Of a DNA stretch of 64,000 nucleotides, positions 40,026 to 56,050 are shown in pieces. Source of the DNA: Octopus sinensis (lineage: Eukaryota); contig NC_043023.1 of NCBI RefSeq assembly GCF_006345805.1, positions 17,360,001 through 17,424,000 on the forward strand. Reading direction: 5' to 3'. The notes beneath the pieces are model-generated. The model was not told where the DNA came from. It saw only the letters and a list, made by a program, of their open reading frames with translations, and did no database searches. Each line of letters opens with the position of its first letter. Position 1 is the first letter of the stretch. A program made the translations under genes and the position numbers.

Positions 40026-40355
40026 CGTTTCCAGAGAGCAAAATAAATGACGAACAGTTGCAATCAAAATCCCTAATTTCTTTGTCGTGAAATGATTGAT
40101 GCATATGACATGCGCCATTACAGTAGCTAAAATATTGGCACTGGTTTCGTAAAATACACCGAAGTGCACAATCATTAGCAGACGTCGTGTTCTCGGTTAT
40201 TCTAATCGTATCCTGTAAGCATTTTGATGAAGTTATTTCTTCGAAAAAGACTTTTGTACACGCTGATAATCCAGTTCTCGGGGCCATAAGAAATACTAGA
40301 GTCAAAGCTGGCAGCAATATGAGAGTCAAACGAAATTGGATTGGTACTTCCATTC
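40026..40355 (-). CDS. Exon 1 of PAN/Apple-domain gene copy B (intact: putative signal peptide + PAN-like domain)
   Basis: ttttcag acceptor; ATG at 40353; [28 protein letters not shown] hydrophobic N-terminus; [24 protein letters not shown]; donor G|gtatgt. Confidence 0.82.
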
Positions 40356-41319
40356 CTGAAAAATAAACAATTATACACACATATTTAAATGCACACCCCT
40401 CATGTGTGTGCGTGTATATATATATATACGAGGTCTGATCAACAAGTATCCGGATTGTTCCGAGAGAAGATTAAGCTGAAGCATGCTGGGTAAAACCGCT
40501 TGGCAAAAAGTGGCCTGGGACTCTGTTGTTCAAGAGCGCTAAGTTTTAACGTTCTAGCTCTTTTCTGCTGTTTACCACAGTGCTTGGAAGGAAGGTGTGT
40601 AGCGTGTGACCGTCGCATTGACCACGACAGGGAAAGTTGGTTATGCGTACATATTAAGACGTGTTTTGTATTTTTCAATGAAAAAAGTTTCTTTATTCTA
40701 AATCGTTTAAATAAAGAAATATTTTTCATTGAAAAATACAAAACACGTCTAAATATGCACGCTTAACCAACTTTTATCTATTAACATATTTCGATTCACG
40801 ATTACATTACCGTACATAAATCCCCTTACTAAACAAGGTTTTTCAAACTTGTGTGTGTCTGTACACGTATACATATTTCCCCTCCTATTACCGAAAGCAG
40901 AACAGTTATCTCCCTTACTCACACCAATAACAATAATAACGACAACCAATTACCTCCCTTTATATATCTACTTGTGAAATCATTCACTCGTGAATTTCAT
41001 TACTCACATCATGCAAAAATTTCTTCTTAAGAAAAAATAAAAATTCAAATAAAGAAAACATAATATCATGAATAGCGATAGCGAAACTGGTCGATATATT
41101 AAAAATTATATTAAAACTATGTAAGTGTGCGTATTTTCCTTTTTTCATTTCTTATATATATATGTGTGCGTGTGTGTGTGTGTGTGTATGTGTATATATA
41201 TATATCTGTCTTCTGTTGTAGTAGCTCCAAAGAAGTCAACTTACTTTATTACTCTTCAGTACCGATTATGTTCCCTGTACATTTATTTGTGTGTGTGTTT
41301 ATGCATGTATGTATGTATT

Positions 41320-41356
<37 letters not shown>

Positions 41357-41370
41357 TGTTAGAATCTTTT

Positions 41371-41441
<71 letters not shown>

Positions 41442-41989
41442 GTGTGCGCGCGTGTGTCTGAGACGGGTTTCTTTCAGTTTTCGTTAATCAATACAAACAT
41501 TCGCAAGGGTTTTGTCGTCTCAGATTTAAACTAAATTGCCCCTGCCGCTGGTGCCACGCAGTGGGACAGAACCCGGAACTATGTGGTTGGAAAGCAAACC
41601 TCTTACTATACAGGGACACCTGCACCTAAAATCAGTGCCATTCCTGTGACGGGAATGGAACCCGTGGCGCCTGGATAACAGCCAGGAATCCTAACTTGTA
41701 TATCCTTAAATATTACTCATTATCTGAAACATAACTATTTTTACAATGGTAGAAAATCGTGATTTTTCTTAAGCAAAGATATAAGATTGATTCGATGTTA
41801 TTTAAGCTTCGTTTTCTCATTTCATTGAAAACGAAAGTGAAAGTTGAATAGAGATTAGATAGTGACATTTTAATTCGAGAGAGGTTCATTGATTCTCTCA
41901 TTCACAGCTCTTTGTCTATAAATGATTTCTTTTATGGACGTAAGGAACATACGAGACACACAGACGAAGTACAATATCCGCCACGGTGG

Positions 41990-42790
41990 GATTCTAAAGA
42001 GAATGTAACGGGACGTGACTGAATACTAAAGATATTTTATCAGTCGATTCATGATTTCTACAAATCCATCCATGTCCTTTCCGTTCTCTCTGGAACTGAG
42101 AAATAATAACTGTAAACCGAATGTAACGAAAGCACAAGTCAGCTACAGTATTGTAGATTATAGAATTATAAAAACAATTTCAGTAATATTCTCTCTTTAT
42201 TGATTCATATTATATGCTTCTTGTATGAATAAAATACTTACTCTATCAGGTCTAGTCAGAAAACCAGACCTGATAAAGAAAAAACTGGAGTAAGTTTTGA
42301 ATTTAGCAGGCAAAATCACTTGGAATTCATTGAAATATTCCAGGCACCAGACAAGAAAAAATTTGCCCAGTGTTATTTGTTTTAATATTCAACAGCTCGC
42401 AAATCCTTATCCTAAGACTTATTACCCTATTTTCATATATATTTCTTTATTTTAAATCTGTCTATCTACATTAAATCCTAAATCACAGCAAAATTCGAAA
42501 TCAGAACGTTAAGTTTCAAGACAGAGTAGAAAGGATAGTTGATCAGTCGATCCATGATTTCTACAAATCCATCTCCGTCCTTTCCATTCTCATCGGAAGT
42601 GGAAAATGAAAATGGTAAACCGAGTGTAATAAAGCACAAGTCAGCTACAGTATTTTATCATAGGATTATAAAAACAATTTCAGTAATTTCTCTCTTTTCA
42701 TTCTTAATATTATTAATTCACTTACCTTTAAGGTTCATCACTGTTACAGGGTTGTTAAGTAAACTTCACTTTTAGTTGCAAAATCGACCA
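41990..42790. repeat. Segment duplicated in inverted orientation at ~58150-58930; internally a diverged tandem pair
   Basis: 42770 aaacttcacttttagttgcaaaatcgaccaacc <-> 58155 ggttggtcgatttttaactaaaagtgaagttt; 42050-42190 resembles 42540-42680. Confidence 0.85.
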
Positions 42791-44131
42791 ACCAGAAGTG
42801 TCCCACTGTAAACAATAAGCTTCTGCCTTTTAATGTTCCCTTTTCCTAGTCTCGATAAACAAGCTTTCTTTTATTTATTCCTATTCTCTTCGTTCTGGTA
42901 ATTTAAGAATAAATTCAAGATATTTCACAGTTGATTTCTTTTTGCATTGGCTTCGAAAAGACGATGTCTTTAAAACAATCTCTCCCGAGTTCTTCCACTC
43001 TTATAAAATCGATGGCCAACTTGAACATTCTTTTCCTCTTACTCCAGAAGTCGTCGCCAGGTAATTTCACTTTTCGTAAAATAAGTTCTTAAATTCCAGG
43101 TCTGATATTCGTTTGTCTTTCTCTCCAGAATGCTTTGCTCTTCAGAAGGTAAGTAAATTATCAGTTTTACCCGTAGCTTTGTTAGGTTATCAACAGCAAC
43201 TGTTTCTATCCATCGATCTTAGCAACTAAACCACTTGAAACAAGTCGACTGCGTTTGTATGCATGGTGAGTAAAACGATTTTATTTTAATTTGGCAATAT
43301 ATCGATAGCTTTAAATTTTTTTCGAGGGCATTAAGTGTAATTTATATTACACTTAATGCCCTCGAAAAAAATTGTGGTCAACGATTACAGGACGAGAATC
43401 CATATCTTATTGAAATGAAGCTATGCTTTGGATTGTATTTCGATTTAAAGTAAACATTGATAATGTTCCCCTAGAAAGGAATGCTAAGAATTCCCCTTTG
43501 AATTAGGAAACAAAATTCTTATCAATATTTAGTGTAATCCAGCGTTGTGAGTTCGGATTTGGCCAAGATTACATTCACTGTTAATGCCAGATTTGTCGCC
43601 AATTGCGAATGGCGCTACTAGTTAATATGTCAAAAACCTTACATACATAAAGTAAAACATACAAATCTACATATATACATAAAAAACCCTAACGTTGAAA
43701 TTCCAAAGAAGTCTTGAATCTGGGTAAGAAACCGGCTCTTTCTCTATTGGCAAGAGACTTTCAAATAGAATTGAACAACGACATTCATACATACATGCAC
43801 ACATACATATATAAATACATACCTACATACATACATACATACATACATACAAATATACATACACAAATACATACATACATACATGGATACATACATACAT
43901 ACATATATACATACATACATACATGCATGCTGCATACATACATATATATATACATACACACTTATATATACATACATACATATATATACATACATATATA
44001 CATACATGCATATATATACATAGATATACATACATATATACATACATACATATATATACATACATACATATTTATACATATATACATACATACATACATA
44101 TTTATACATACATACATATATAATACATATA

Positions 44132-44165
<34 letters not shown>

Positions 44166-44240
44166 CATATATATATAGAGACATACATATATATACATAC
44201 ATATACATACATACATACATATACATACATACATATATAT

Positions 44241-44273
<33 letters not shown>

Positions 44274-44499
44274 TATACATAGATATATATACATGCATAC
44301 ACACATACATACATACATATATATACATACATATACATACATACATACATACATACATACAAACATACATACTTATACATACATTCATACATACATATAC
44401 ATACATACACACATACATACATACATATATATACATACAAACATACATACATACATTCATACACACACATACATACATACATACATACAAACAAACATA

Positions 44500-44870
44500 C
44501 ATAAATGGCTGCCTAAGCGCATAAAATATTTATACTGTAATGATTTTTAGAAAGATAGAAAATATACTAATAACAAATAAATCACGATAAACTATATATA
44601 TATTAGACTCAAGGTTGTTTATCGCAATCTGCAGCCGGATATTATTAATATTTCCAAATTATTTAGTTCAAAATGGATTAATTTGTTTATATACAAAGTT
44701 CCAATGACTATTCGGATATTTCTTGCTTGGACTTGTTACTTCTCTGAAATTAATGAGCTTTCCCCCGATTCTTAATATTCATTTTATTTGTGAGCTTACC
44801 ATGACGTATTTCTCATTTTGACCGGTAAACAACATTTATGAGGATGTGTGTGTATATGTGTGTGTACACG
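44500..44870 (+). repeat. Dispersed repeat, direct copy at ~55140-55500
   Basis: aatggctgcctaagcgcataaaatatttatactg... present at both places. Confidence 0.8.
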
Positions 44871-44879
44871 TGTATCTTC

Positions 44880-44919
<40 letters not shown>

Positions 44920-45091
44920 AATATTAGGGAATAAATCCAAATTTACAGGGAAAAAAATCAGATTTATGATTAAATCGATTTTATAGTAAAATATTATAAA
45001 ATATTATTCGAGACAAAACCACTATTTTGCAAAACAAACAAGGAAAGACTTAATCAATACATAAAATTTTAATAAATAGTCAAAAAAACCA

Positions 45092-45134
45092 CCACTACAA
45101 TCGTTTCTTGTCTTGATCGACAATCTTCAGGTGG
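45092..45134 (-). ncRNA. Minimal type I hammerhead ribozyme in a Penelope-like tail (~44920-45420)
   Basis: Minus strand: CCAC-CTGAAGA-TTGTC-GATCAA-GACAA-GAAA-CGATTG-TA-GTGG. Confidence 0.7.
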
Positions 45135-46354
45135 ACTTCCAATAATTCAAAGCACAACTGACCTGATTGAATGATTTGGGATAGAGAAGAGAAACTGTTG
45201 CCCAGCGGGAGTTAACATAGAGCTGAAGATCAGTAAAAATGAGAGTACATATAACGAACTTTTGAGAAATCTGTAGTTATTCTATCCAGATTACAGGTTC
45301 AGGTTTATATAAGACACTACATAAATACCAGCCTTGAGAAATTAGGCTTCTGAAAATTAGCAAGGAGAAAGCTAATTCGAAGACTACAAATCCAATCCAT
45401 CAGTGGAACTGTAAAATCTGTAAAACTTTCCAGAAGTTTGTCATTTAAATATATATATGAACATGTGTACATATGCAACTATATGCATGAGAAGACATAC
45501 ATAAAGTAAAACATACAAATCTACACATATACATAAAAAATTACCCTGATGATGCAATTGCAATGAAGAAGCCTTGAATCTAGGTTAGAAACCGGTTCTT
45601 TCAGTATATGCAAGAAATCTTGAAATAAAATTGAACAATGACATTCATACATACATGCACACATACATACATACATACATACATACTTAAATACATACAT
45701 ACATATATAGATATATATACATACTTACATACATACATATATACATACATACATATATATCTCTTATTATAAAAGCAGATTTTATCTGCCTCCCTTTGTC
45801 TCTTATAGAAATCTACAATATAGGATTTCTTCAATTACAATTTACCTAGCATTTTTAAGAGTAGAATAAATCGGGTCGTGCCAGGTCCGGTTTTTAAAAT
45901 TTCAACCCCAATTAAGCAAAATTTAGAGAAAACTCACATTGTGGTGTGTAAGTCAAGTGCTTTTCTTAGTGTGGGCTACAGCACACGCACATACACACAC
46001 ACACAAAAACGGAGCGATCTGCTTCATTCACGCTATCACCCTAATTTCTACTCCTTTCTCTTTGCAAGTGTGCAACGATTAAAGTGAAACTATTTCTATA
46101 AAACGAGAGAAGTGTACCTTAAACCACTCAAAAAAGAAGCAGCAAACAGAAACAAATAAATACATAACGATTTACTCCTCACACAATTTCTTCAATTACA
46201 GTTTACCTATGATTTTTACAAGTACTTCCATTCGGTCATGCCATACAAAATTTCTTTCAATTTCACCCCCAATTAAGACAAAATTCGAGAAAACTCAATA
46301 TTTTAACATTTTACTCCGACAGCATTGATGTACATGTGTGCGTGCGTGAGTGTG

Positions 46355-46390
<36 letters not shown>

Positions 46391-47047
46391 TGATGGGGTG
46401 TGCGACACAGAAAGTGTGGTGTGTAAGTGAAGTGCTTTTGTTAGTGTGTGTAAAGAGACAGAGAGAGTAATGTGCTGTGTACCTAAAGCGCGCACACAAA
46501 CACACAAGCGGAGCGCGAACTTCAAAAGAACTTCGCGCGCTATCTATCTGGTTTGCCATTCCTCACACACACGCATACACATACATATATGACAGTGACA
46601 AACACAAACGTTTCAAACAACTACATACAAACACTCAAACATACACACACGTGTGTGTTTGTTATTAGTAAAAAAGGCGCCAAACACAACTCACTTCTCA
46701 TTCGAACACATTTGCAAAAACACACCGACGGTCGGATTGCCATAACAATACAGAAAAGGTAAATTGGTTTTTAATTTACTTTCTGTCGTTAAATTTTGGT
46801 AGTATTAATTGGCGAGCGTACTTCTGTTGTCAATTGTTGACAGGAAGAAATTGTAAATTAAGAAGGTGTGTGTGTGCGTGTGTGTGTGTGCGTGCACGTG
46901 TGTGTGTGTGTCTGTGTGTGTGTGTAAGTGTGTGTGTGTAGGAAGTGAAGGATAAAAATATTGCAAGAAGTGGACAGATGTACATATATACATCCATACA
47001 TACATGTGTATGTGTGTCTATGTATGTGTATTAATGTGTGTGTGTTA

Positions 47048-47405
47048 TCTCTATATAAAGCTGAAGTTGTCTGCGTGCGTCACGTTTGGTAACCTTCAAC
47101 TAACACTATCTCCTCTGAGACCCTGCGGCGCAAGTTGACCAAAATTGAGAGTATGATAGAAGAAGGGTTGCTCTTCCTTCCGTAGAACATAAAATCCAAA
47201 TCGGACCATGATAACACCAAAAATTATTTACATCAAAAAGCTGCTTTTTTCTATGAAAATCCCTATTTTTTACGATTTTTTCATTGCTGTGTCGCCACTT
47301 TTCGGTATATTTCGACCGGAAAAAAGTTCACAAAATTTTTACTTTTCAATATTACAATTCCAGCGGATCGAAACAAACCCAAGCAACGCCGGGCGATACT
47401 GCTAG
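47048..47405 (+). mobile_element. Non-autonomous Helitron-like element
   Basis: A|TCTCTATATAAAGCTGAAG start; GC-rich gcaacgccgggcga near the end; CTAG|T terminus. Confidence 0.65.
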
Positions 47406-48173
47406 TACATATACATAAATGCATACATATATATACATACATACATACACACAAATACATACATACATACATACATACAAACAAAAACATACATACAAAC
47501 ATACATACATATATATATGTATATACATACATGCATACATACATATATATATATACATACAAACATAGATACATACATATATACATACATTCATATATAT
47601 ACATACATACATACATATATATACTTATATACGTACATACATACATACATAACTACATACATACATATACATACATACATATATATCCATACATACATAT
47701 ATATACATACATATATTTATATAAGTACATACATGCATACCTACATACATATATATATATACATACATACTTATATATACATACATACATATATATACAT
47801 ACATACATATATATACATAGATACATATTTATACATACATACATACATATATACATGCATACATATATATAAATGCATACATATATATATAAATATATAT
47901 ATATACAGACATACATATATATACATAGATACATACATACATATACATACATACATATATACATATACATACATACATATATACATATATACATTCATAC
48001 ATACATACACACATACATATACATACATACATACATACATACATGCATACATATACATACATATACATACATACATACAAACGTACAATCTTATACATAC
48101 ATACATATATACATAAATACATTCATACATACATACATATATATATACATACATACATACATACATACATACA

Positions 48174-48206
<33 letters not shown>

Positions 48207-48208
<2 letters not shown>

Positions 48209-48436
48209 TTCTTTACTACCCGCAAGGGGCTAAACACAGAGAGGACAAACAAGGACAGACAAACGGATTAAGTCGATTATATCGACCCCAGTGCGTAACT
48301 GGTACTTATTTCATCGACCCCGAAAGGATGAAAAGCAAAGTCGACATCGGCGGAATTTGAACTCAGAACGTAATGGCAGACGAAATACGGCTACGCATTT
48401 CGGCCGGCGTGCTGACGATTCTGCCAGCTCGCCGCC
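48207..48436 (-). mobile_element. Full-length OK-type SINE
   Basis: Minus strand ggcggcgagctggcagaatcgtcagcacgccggccgaaatgcg...gagttcaaattccgccg. Confidence 0.85.
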
Positions 48437-48483
48437 TTAAACATACATGCATACATACATACATACATACATACATACATACA

Positions 48484-48515
<32 letters not shown>

Positions 48516-51159
48516 CATACATATATACACACATACATACATACACACACATACATGCATACATACATACATACATGCATACATACATACACACACATAC
48601 TTGCATACATACATACACACATACATACATACATACGGAAAGGGGAAAGCTAATTCGAAGACTACAAATTCAATCCATCAGTGGAACTGTAAAAATCTGT
48701 AAAACTTTCCAGAAGTTTATCATTTAAATATATATATATAAATGTCTACATATGCAACTATATCCATGAGAAGACATACATATAGTAAAACATACAAATC
48801 TACACATATACATAAAAAATTACACTTATGTTGAAATTCCAGTGAAGGAGTTTTGAATCTAGGTTAGAAACCGGTTCTTTCAGTATAGGCAAGAAATCTT
48901 GAAATAAAACTAAACAGTGACATTCATTCATACATACATACATACATACATACATACATACATACATACATACATAAATGCATGCATACATATATACGTA
49001 TATACATACATACATTCATACATACATATATACATACGTACATATACATACATACATCTACATAAATACATACATACAAAAATATATATACATACATACA
49101 TATATATACATACATAGATACATATATATAAATACATACATACATACATACGTAAATACATACATACATATATATATACACATACACACATATATATATT
49201 TATATACATACATATATTTACATACATACATACGTATATATATTACTTCATACTTCCATTATAGATACGTACATAATACATATATATACATACATATACG
49301 TACATACATACATACACATACATACATACATATACATACATACATACATATATATACATACATACATACATTTATATGTATATACATATATACATAGATA
49401 CAAACATATATACCTACATACATACATTTACATACATACATATATACATACATACATAACTATATGCATACATACATATACATTCATGCATATATATCCA
49501 TACATACATACATACATATACATACATATAAACATACATACATGCATACATACATACATATATATATATATACACAAATATATACATATATATACATACA
49601 TACATACATATATATATATACATACATACATTCATATATATACATACATACATACATATATATATATATATACATATATACATACATACATACATACATA
49701 CATACATACATACATGCATACATACATACATACATGCATACATACATACACACACATACTTGCATACATACATACACACATACATACATACATACGGAAA
49801 GGAGAAAGCTAATTCGAAGACTACAAATTCAATCCATCAGTGGAACTGTAAAAATCTGTAAAACTTTCCAGAAGTTTATCATTTAAATATATATATATAA
49901 ATGTCTACATATGCAACTATATCCATGAGAAGACATACATATAGTAAAACATACAAATCTACACATATACATAAAAAATTACACTTATGTTGAAATTCCA
50001 GTGAAGGAGTTTTGAATCTAGGTTAGAAACCGGTTCTTTCAGTATAGGCAAGAAATCTTGAAATAAAACTAAACAGTGACATTCATTCATACATACATAC
50101 ATACATACATACATACATACATACATAAATGCATGCATACATATATACGTATATACATACATACATTCATACATACATATATACATACGTACATATACAT
50201 ACATACATCTACATAAATACATACATACAAAAATATATATACATACATACATATATATACATACATAGATACATATATATAAATACATACATACATACAT
50301 CGTAAATACATACATACATATATATATACACATACACACATATATATATTATATACATACATATATTTACATACATACATACGTATATATATTACTTCAT
50401 ACTTCCATTATAGATACGTACATAATACATATATATACATACATATACGTACATACATACATACACATACATACATACATATACATACATACATACATAT
50501 ATATACATACATACATACATTTATATGTATATACATATATACATAGATACAAACATATATACCTACATACATACATTTACATACATACATATATACATAC
50601 ATACATAACTATATGCATACATACATATACATTCATGCATATATCCATACATACATACATACATATACATACATATAAACATACATACATGCATACATAC
50701 ATACATATATATATATATACACAAATATATACATATATATACATACATACATACATATATATATACATACATACATTCATATATATACATACATACATAC
50801 ATATATATATATATATACATATATACATACATACATACATACATACATACATACATACATACATACATACATACATACATACATACAGGTGGCTGCATCC
50901 TCGTTATCGAGTATGGCCATTGCACGAAGCTTAATCAATGTTGTTATCGTACAATGCCTGTGGAAGACAATTTTTTTTAGTAAGGAAAGGCTGTGCACCG
51001 AATCAATACCACTCACTAAACAACAGCAGCCATAATCCGAAAAGAAGAAAAAGATAAGATTATCGGTTACCACTGAACTGCAGTTTTTTTGTTCGGAGTT
51101 ACCCCAGTTACCTGAGTTACCTTCTCCAAGAAGGATGCCCTAACAAATGCTAGGAGTCC

Positions 51160-51460
51160 TTCACTCCCATTGGTTTAACCGCGTTACCGGGTATTCAGTC
51201 CGATTATTTCTATGTCCCCGCGCATGATACAGCCTCAAGGCATTAATTGGATGGCCGTTTTCTCTCAAGAGTTCCTCCGCCCTATGACGTGTTTTGTTTT
51301 TCATCCCGCAGGGTGTTAATAAACACCTTTCTATCCCAGCAAACTTGGTGGGGCTGCCGGTTTTGTTGCCGACTACACAACCATGCAACTGGCTGTACTG
51401 GATTACATGTTGCCAGTAGCCCTGGAAAGTGACCTGATATACATACAAACATACATACAA

Positions 51461-51493
<33 letters not shown>

Positions 51494-51710
51494 CATACAT
51501 ATATACATATATACATACATATATATATATATATACATACATATATATACATACGTACATACATGCATACATATATATACATATATACATATATATACAT
51601 ACATGCATACATACATACATACACAAATACATACATACATATATATACATATATATACATACATACATATATATACATACATACATACATATATATACAT
51701 ACATATATAC

Positions 51711-51741
<31 letters not shown>

Positions 51742-52290
51742 CATACATACATATATACATACATATATATACATACGTACATACATATATACATATATAT
51801 ACATATATACATATATATACATACACGCATACATACATACATACATACATACATACATACATACATACATACATACATACATACCTAAGTGTATGTACCT
51901 ATGTGCATGAAAATGGCTGTCTTGCATTTACTTGATAGGTAATATGAGAACATGTTTTATTTGGGAGTTATCCCAGTTACCTTAGTTACCTTCTCCTAGA
52001 AGGATGCCCTAACAAAAGCTACGAGTCCTTGACCGTGCGATCGGGTATTTAGTCCGATTATTTCTATGTCCCAACGTATGATACAGCCTTAAGACATTTA
52101 TAGGATGGCCGTTGACTCTCAAGAGTTCCTTGCCCTTTAACAGGATTTGTTTTCCATCCTGCAGGGCGTCCAATAAATACCCTCCTCACAAAGCAAGCTT
52201 GATGGGGTTGCCGGGTTAGTTGCCGACAAGCCGACCATGCAAAAGGCTGTACTGGATAACATGTTACCAAAAGCCCTCGAAAGTGACCTG
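51160..52290 (-). mobile_element. Two diverged copies (51160-51430, 52020-52290) of a degenerate LINE-like 3' fragment
   Basis: Mutually similar; translation ...IQYSQLHG...GSP only loosely resembles RTE C-termini. Confidence 0.35.
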
Positions 52291-53047
52291 ACTTACATAC
52301 ATACATATATACATACATACATACAGGCATACATACATACATACATACGTAGATACATACATATATACACATACATATATATACATACATACATATATAT
52401 ATATATATACATATATATATACCTACATACATACATACATAAATACATACATACATATATATATACATACATACGTACATACATACATACCTACATATAT
52501 ACATACGTACATACATAGATACATACATACATATACAGACATACATACATTTATGTACATACATACATAGATACATACATGCATACACACATACATACAT
52601 ACATATATATACATACATACATATACATACATACATACATATATATACATACATATATACATACTTACATACAAACATACATACACACACATACATACAT
52701 ACATACAAATATACATACATATATACATACATACGTACATACATACAGACACACACATACATACATAGATATACATACATACATATATATATATATATAC
52801 ATACATACATACATAAATATATATACATATATACATAGATACATACATATATATACACATGCATACATATATATACATACATATATACATACTTGCACAC
52901 ACATACATACATACATACATACATACACACATACATACATACATACATACATACATACATACACACACACATAGATACATACAAACATACATACATACAT
53001 ACATACATACACACACACACATACATACATACATACATACATACATT

Positions 53048-53079
<32 letters not shown>

Positions 53080-54681
53080 CATACATACATATATACATAC
53101 ATGCATAAATACATACATACATAGGTAATACGTATATACATACATACATATATACATACATACATACACACACATACATACATACATACATATACATACA
53201 TTCATACATACATGCATATATACATAGATACATACACACATACATATATACATACATACATACACACACACGTACATACATACATACATACATACATAAA
53301 TGCATGCATACATACACACATACATTTACAAATACATACATACCTACATACATAAATACATACATACATACATACAAGCATACATACATAAATACATACA
53401 TATATACATACATTCATACATACATATATACATACATACATATATACATATATACATACATACATACACATACATACAAATACAGACAGTCATACATACA
53501 TACATACATACATACATACATACATACGCACACACAAGTACATACATATATACATACTTACATACATACACACATACATACATACATACACACATACATA
53601 CATACATACACGCATACATACACACATAAATACATACATACATACATACATACAAACAAACATAAATATATACATACATACATACATATATACATACACA
53701 CATACATACACACGTACATACATACATACATACATACATACATACATAAATACATACTACATACATATATATACATACATATATATACATACGTACATAC
53801 ATGCATACATACAAATATACATACATATATCTTACATACGTACATACATACAGACACACACATACATACATAGATATACATACATACATACATATATACA
53901 TACATACATACATACATACATACATAAATATATATACATATATACATAGATACATATATATATACATGCATACATATATATACATGCATACATATATACA
54001 TACTTGCACACACATACATACATACATACATACGTACACACATACATACATACATACATACATACACACCCACATACATACATACATACACACACACACA
54101 TACATATATACATATATATACATACATGCATACATACATACATACATACATACATACATACATACATACATACATACATACATACATACATACATACACA
54201 CATACATACATAATTACATACATACATAAGTGTACGTACCTATGTGTATAGAAATGGCTATCTTGCATTTACTTGATAGGTAATATGAGAACATATTGTG
54301 TCACCCTGCGTCGCTGCACCCACCATTTCTTAGTGATTCCCTGACGGACGACGCCTTTGTATCATTTAGGCGACAACCCTCCAACCCATGGTTTTGTTAG
54401 GGCTGTCGTTTGTAGTGAGGGTTTTTTCGGGATCAAAGTGCAAATACTAATTCGCCCCCTTTTAATCTATGTTTAAAAAACGCAAGCGAAACGTTGGGTC
54501 TATTCATTGATATGCCAGTCCCCTTCACAGCCCTGGGGCAACGTGAAATGCAGTGCCTTGTTCAAGGATACAACAAGCCATTCTGACTGGGAATCGATCG
54601 CACGTTCAGAGGATCGTGAATGCGAACCCTGACCCCTAAGCCACTCACATTCACTGATAAAAAAAATTGATTGTGAATATC

Positions 54682-55091
54682 GGATCTTTTCCGTTTGACC
54701 GACAGTTTTTTAACATAATTTCCACATAACTAAAAACTTTTAAACTTCGTATACTGGTTGAATGTGTTTATAAAACATCTTTTTCTCTTGGCTTTATTGA
54801 GAAAATTCTATAGTTTGTAAGATATTTGTTGTTTTTCTTCAATTTTTGCTATTTCAACCAAACAATGACGTCAATTGAGGTAAAAACTACACATTCTTTG
54901 CCGTATGTCCCTCGTTTAGGAATCAGATTGGGCTTATTTACATTTCTGAAGAAAAAAAGATACCCTTCCCCCCACCACTAAACCTAAAACACAAATTGAA
55001 ATGCAATAGATCGATACTAGGGTCATAATTATGGGTGACAATTTCATATGACACCGCTAGATAAAACTGCAGTTCAAACCGAAAACATCCC
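54682..55091. mobile_element. MITE with ~28-bp imperfect TIRs
   Basis: ggatcttttccgtttgaccgacagtttt / aaaactgcagttcaaaccgaaaacatcc; gaatatc on both flanks (possible 7-bp TSD). Confidence 0.6.
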
Positions 55092-55518
55092 GAATATCTT
55101 CTAATCGATTCTTAAAATTAACTCATTATATTCAGCGGAATAAATGGCTGCTTAAGTGCATAAAATATTTATACTGTAATGATTTTTCGAAAGATAGAAA
55201 ATATACTAATAACAAATAAATCACGATAAACTATATATTGATTAGACTCAAGGTTGTTTATCGCAATCTGCAGCCGGATATTATTAATATTTCCAAATTA
55301 TTTAGTTCAAAATGGATTAAATTGTTTACATACAAAGTTCCAATGACTATTTGGATATTTCTTGCTTGGACTTGTTACTTCTCTGAAATTTATGAGCTTT
55401 CCCCCGATTCTTAATATTCATTTTATTTGTGAGCTTACCTTGACCTATTTCTCATTTTCATCGGTAAACAACATTTATGAGGATGTGTGTGTATATGTGT
55501 GTGTCCACGTGTGTGTAC

Positions 55519-55551
<33 letters not shown>

Positions 55552-55904
55552 GGCGTAGGTGGGTCTTTGTGTTACCTCCTAATTTCATGGATCCGGGTTC
55601 GGCCCCAGAGCGTGACACCTTGCGAAAGGGCCTATTACTGTAGCCTCGGGTTGGTCAAATTGTAAGTGGATTTGAAACTGGAAGGACCCGACGTATATCT
55701 CTGTATCTATCTATGTCTATCTATATATTTATATTTATATATATATATATATATATATACATACACATCGACCTATCTTTCTATCTATGTGTCTGTATAT
55801 GTGTCTGTATGTCTGTCTGTCTGTCTTTATGTATGTATGTATATATGTATATATATGTATACACGTATCTATCTATATATACATTCATATATTATTATTA
55901 ATAA

Positions 55905-55943
<39 letters not shown>

Positions 55944-55968
55944 TAATAATAATAATAATAATAATAAT

Positions 55969-56032
<64 letters not shown>

Positions 56033-56050
56033 TAACAATAATAATAACTA
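55905..56050. repeat. (AAT)n microsatellite
   Basis: Direct reading. Confidence 0.95.

Larger units (their letters stand above)
43790..54230. repeat. Very long interrupted (TACA)n/(TA)n microsatellite fields (43790-44500, 47406-48200, 48440-54230)
   Basis: Direct reading; source of the YI/HT/CM pseudo-ORFs. Confidence 0.95.

Noticed and set aside
43040-43270. Strong plus-strand donor-like sites (cag|gtaatt, aag|gtaagt, atg|gtgagt)
   Set aside because: Possible UTR exons of a gene outside the window, but there is no coding or homology support.
52064-53413. 449-aa and many other long ORFs rich in YI/HT/CM/VC
   Set aside because: They are translations of (TA)n, (TACA)n and (TG)n microsatellites that lack stop codons by composition.
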